Source of the DNA: Raillietiella orientalis
Taxonomy: Eukaryota
Reading direction: 5' to 3'
Assembly: GCA_036172245.1 (NCBI GenBank)
Contig: JAYWIR010000026.1
Coordinates: 2,790,001-2,854,000 of the forward strand
DNA length: 64,000 nucleotides
Position 1 is the stretch's first letter; every line of letters starts with the position of its first letter. Positions 62,642 through 64,000 of the stretch are shown here, piece by piece. The position numbers and the translations under genes were made by a program. A model generated the notes under the pieces. It was given only the letters and a program-made list of their open reading frames with translations, had not been told where the DNA came from and ran no database searches.

Positions 62642-64000
62642 GAAACTTGGGTGCGCCGGGACGTTTATTCTAACGAATAAACTTATACAATCTGTGACTG
62701 GACCAGTAGTCCAGCCACGCCCTGGAAAGATATAGCCTGCCGGGCTACCCGTGCGCAGACCGGCGCGGTCGACCTCGGCAGCAGAGGGGAGGGGGAACGA
62801 AACAAAAAGAAAAGAAAAAAATCAACAAAAATCAGGGAGGGAGCGGCAAGGGATCACAGTCTGCTTGGAGGGCCCGTCATCCTCTGGAGGATGCCGACAA
62901 GCTGTTTCTGCTTGTGTGGTTCCAGATGGGGCCATCGCGTCGCCATCCTGAGGAAACGGGCAGCATACACGTTGGCATCCCTGTCGCTGGATCCTCCCGT
63001 CGCTTTGCTCCATGCCACGACGATCCCGCGTAGGCAGCACAGGGCTGCAAGCGAGGCCGCTGGAGGCAAGGCGTCACGGACGAAGAGAGGGCGCAAAGCG
63101 TCTCTGGGGTTGCCTCCGTGGATCCCCAGGGATGCGGCAAAGCGTTTCCACAAGGGACGGAGGGCAACACAATCCACTAACAGGTGGGGGAGGTATTCCC
63201 TCTCCCCGCACCTGACACAATTAGGGTTGACACCCCCCCGCGTCCAGTGGTGTCGGCGGGCGTTGCAAGGAAGCCCCCAATGCAACACCATCAGTGCCGA
63301 CTGTTGCCACTTCATGGGGAGGGTGCGCGAGTCCATGAGCACCGGAGGCCACTCGAGATGTTCCTCTGGAACATCCAGTAGCTCTCTTCAGCGCAAAAGT
63401 CCATTTGGGGTGGTCCTCGGGGTCGCAGCGTTGGTGAGCTGACCCGTTCTCCAATCCCCGATCTTCTTTTCCCTGCTGGCGATCTTCACAGTTACCTCCC
63501 ATTGTGCCGCGACGTCGCTGCCCACATGTTCCCGTAGGGTAGGCAGTACCGCAGCAAGGGAGGTTCTTTGTGCCCACGCTCTCCTTCGGGGATTCTCGAT
63601 GATTTCTCGGAGCGTGCGGCGGGCATGCGGCCCGAACAGAGCTATTCGCTCGTGTTGCGGGCTCTGCTCCTGAATCATCGCCCACGTGCGGACGGTTTCC
63701 TGCAACCAGGCAGGACCGTTCGCTGGGCGTACGAGGATCCGCGCCGAGTTGTTCTTCACGAGCTTGGCCGCCCTCCGAAGTTGAAGTCCGCAGTGGCAGA
63801 TGGGGCTTCCGAGTGCAAAGTAGGACGAGAGTCCCGCATTGCCGGTGGCCCGCTCGACGAGGAGACGTGCAGGGAGGCACCAAGGGGTGCACCAATTTCC
63901 TGCCATAAAGGCAACAACTCGGAACTGGAGCTGTAGCTCCAGCCGCTCCAACGTCAGGAGGCCCAGACCACCATCCCGACGAGGAGCGCACAAGTCCGAA
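62642..64000 (-). mobile_element. Family E LINE 3' part (continues beyond the window)
   Basis: RRDGGLGLLTLERLELQLQF, KWQQSALMVLHWGLPCN and CVRCGEREYLPHLLVDC. Terminus AATAAACGTCCCGGCGCACCCAAG. Confidence 0.92.

Noticed and set aside
1..64000. CRISPR arrays, tRNA/rRNA genes, prokaryotic operons, retrons or group II introns
   Set aside because: No regularly spaced repeats or RNA gene signatures were seen. All RT motifs are linked to APE endonuclease and CCHC ORF1, as in eukaryotic LINEs.

Overview
This is eukaryotic DNA (spliceosomal introns, AATAAA signals), probably from an invertebrate (inference). Most of the window is a nested array of Tx1/L1-clade non-LTR retrotransposons. They carry ORF1 with two CCHC zinc knuckles and ORF2 with an APE endonuclease, reverse transcriptase and C-terminal Cys/His motif. 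At least five related families are present, labelled A-E here for convenience. The main observation is that these LINEs appear to insert into one another at specific coding motifs, in antisense orientation. Family B has four junctions at the (H/R)KAFD codons of other LINEs' RT, including a TSD-separated tandem pair. Family A sits twice at the same ECSVV codons of family B ORF1. All intact 3' ends finish in an AATAAAC + GC stem-loop rather than poly(A). An AT-richer block (about 10.2-22.2 kb) holds a decayed but near-complete partitivirus-like RdRp (endogenous viral element) and other unassigned decayed reading frames, and lies between the arms of a 2.3-kb inverted duplication. A spliced, apparently intact host gene at about 32.2-34.1 kb encodes a pepsin/cathepsin-D-fold protein with both catalytic Asp replaced. 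All translations and alignments were done by eye, and boundaries of decayed elements are approximate.
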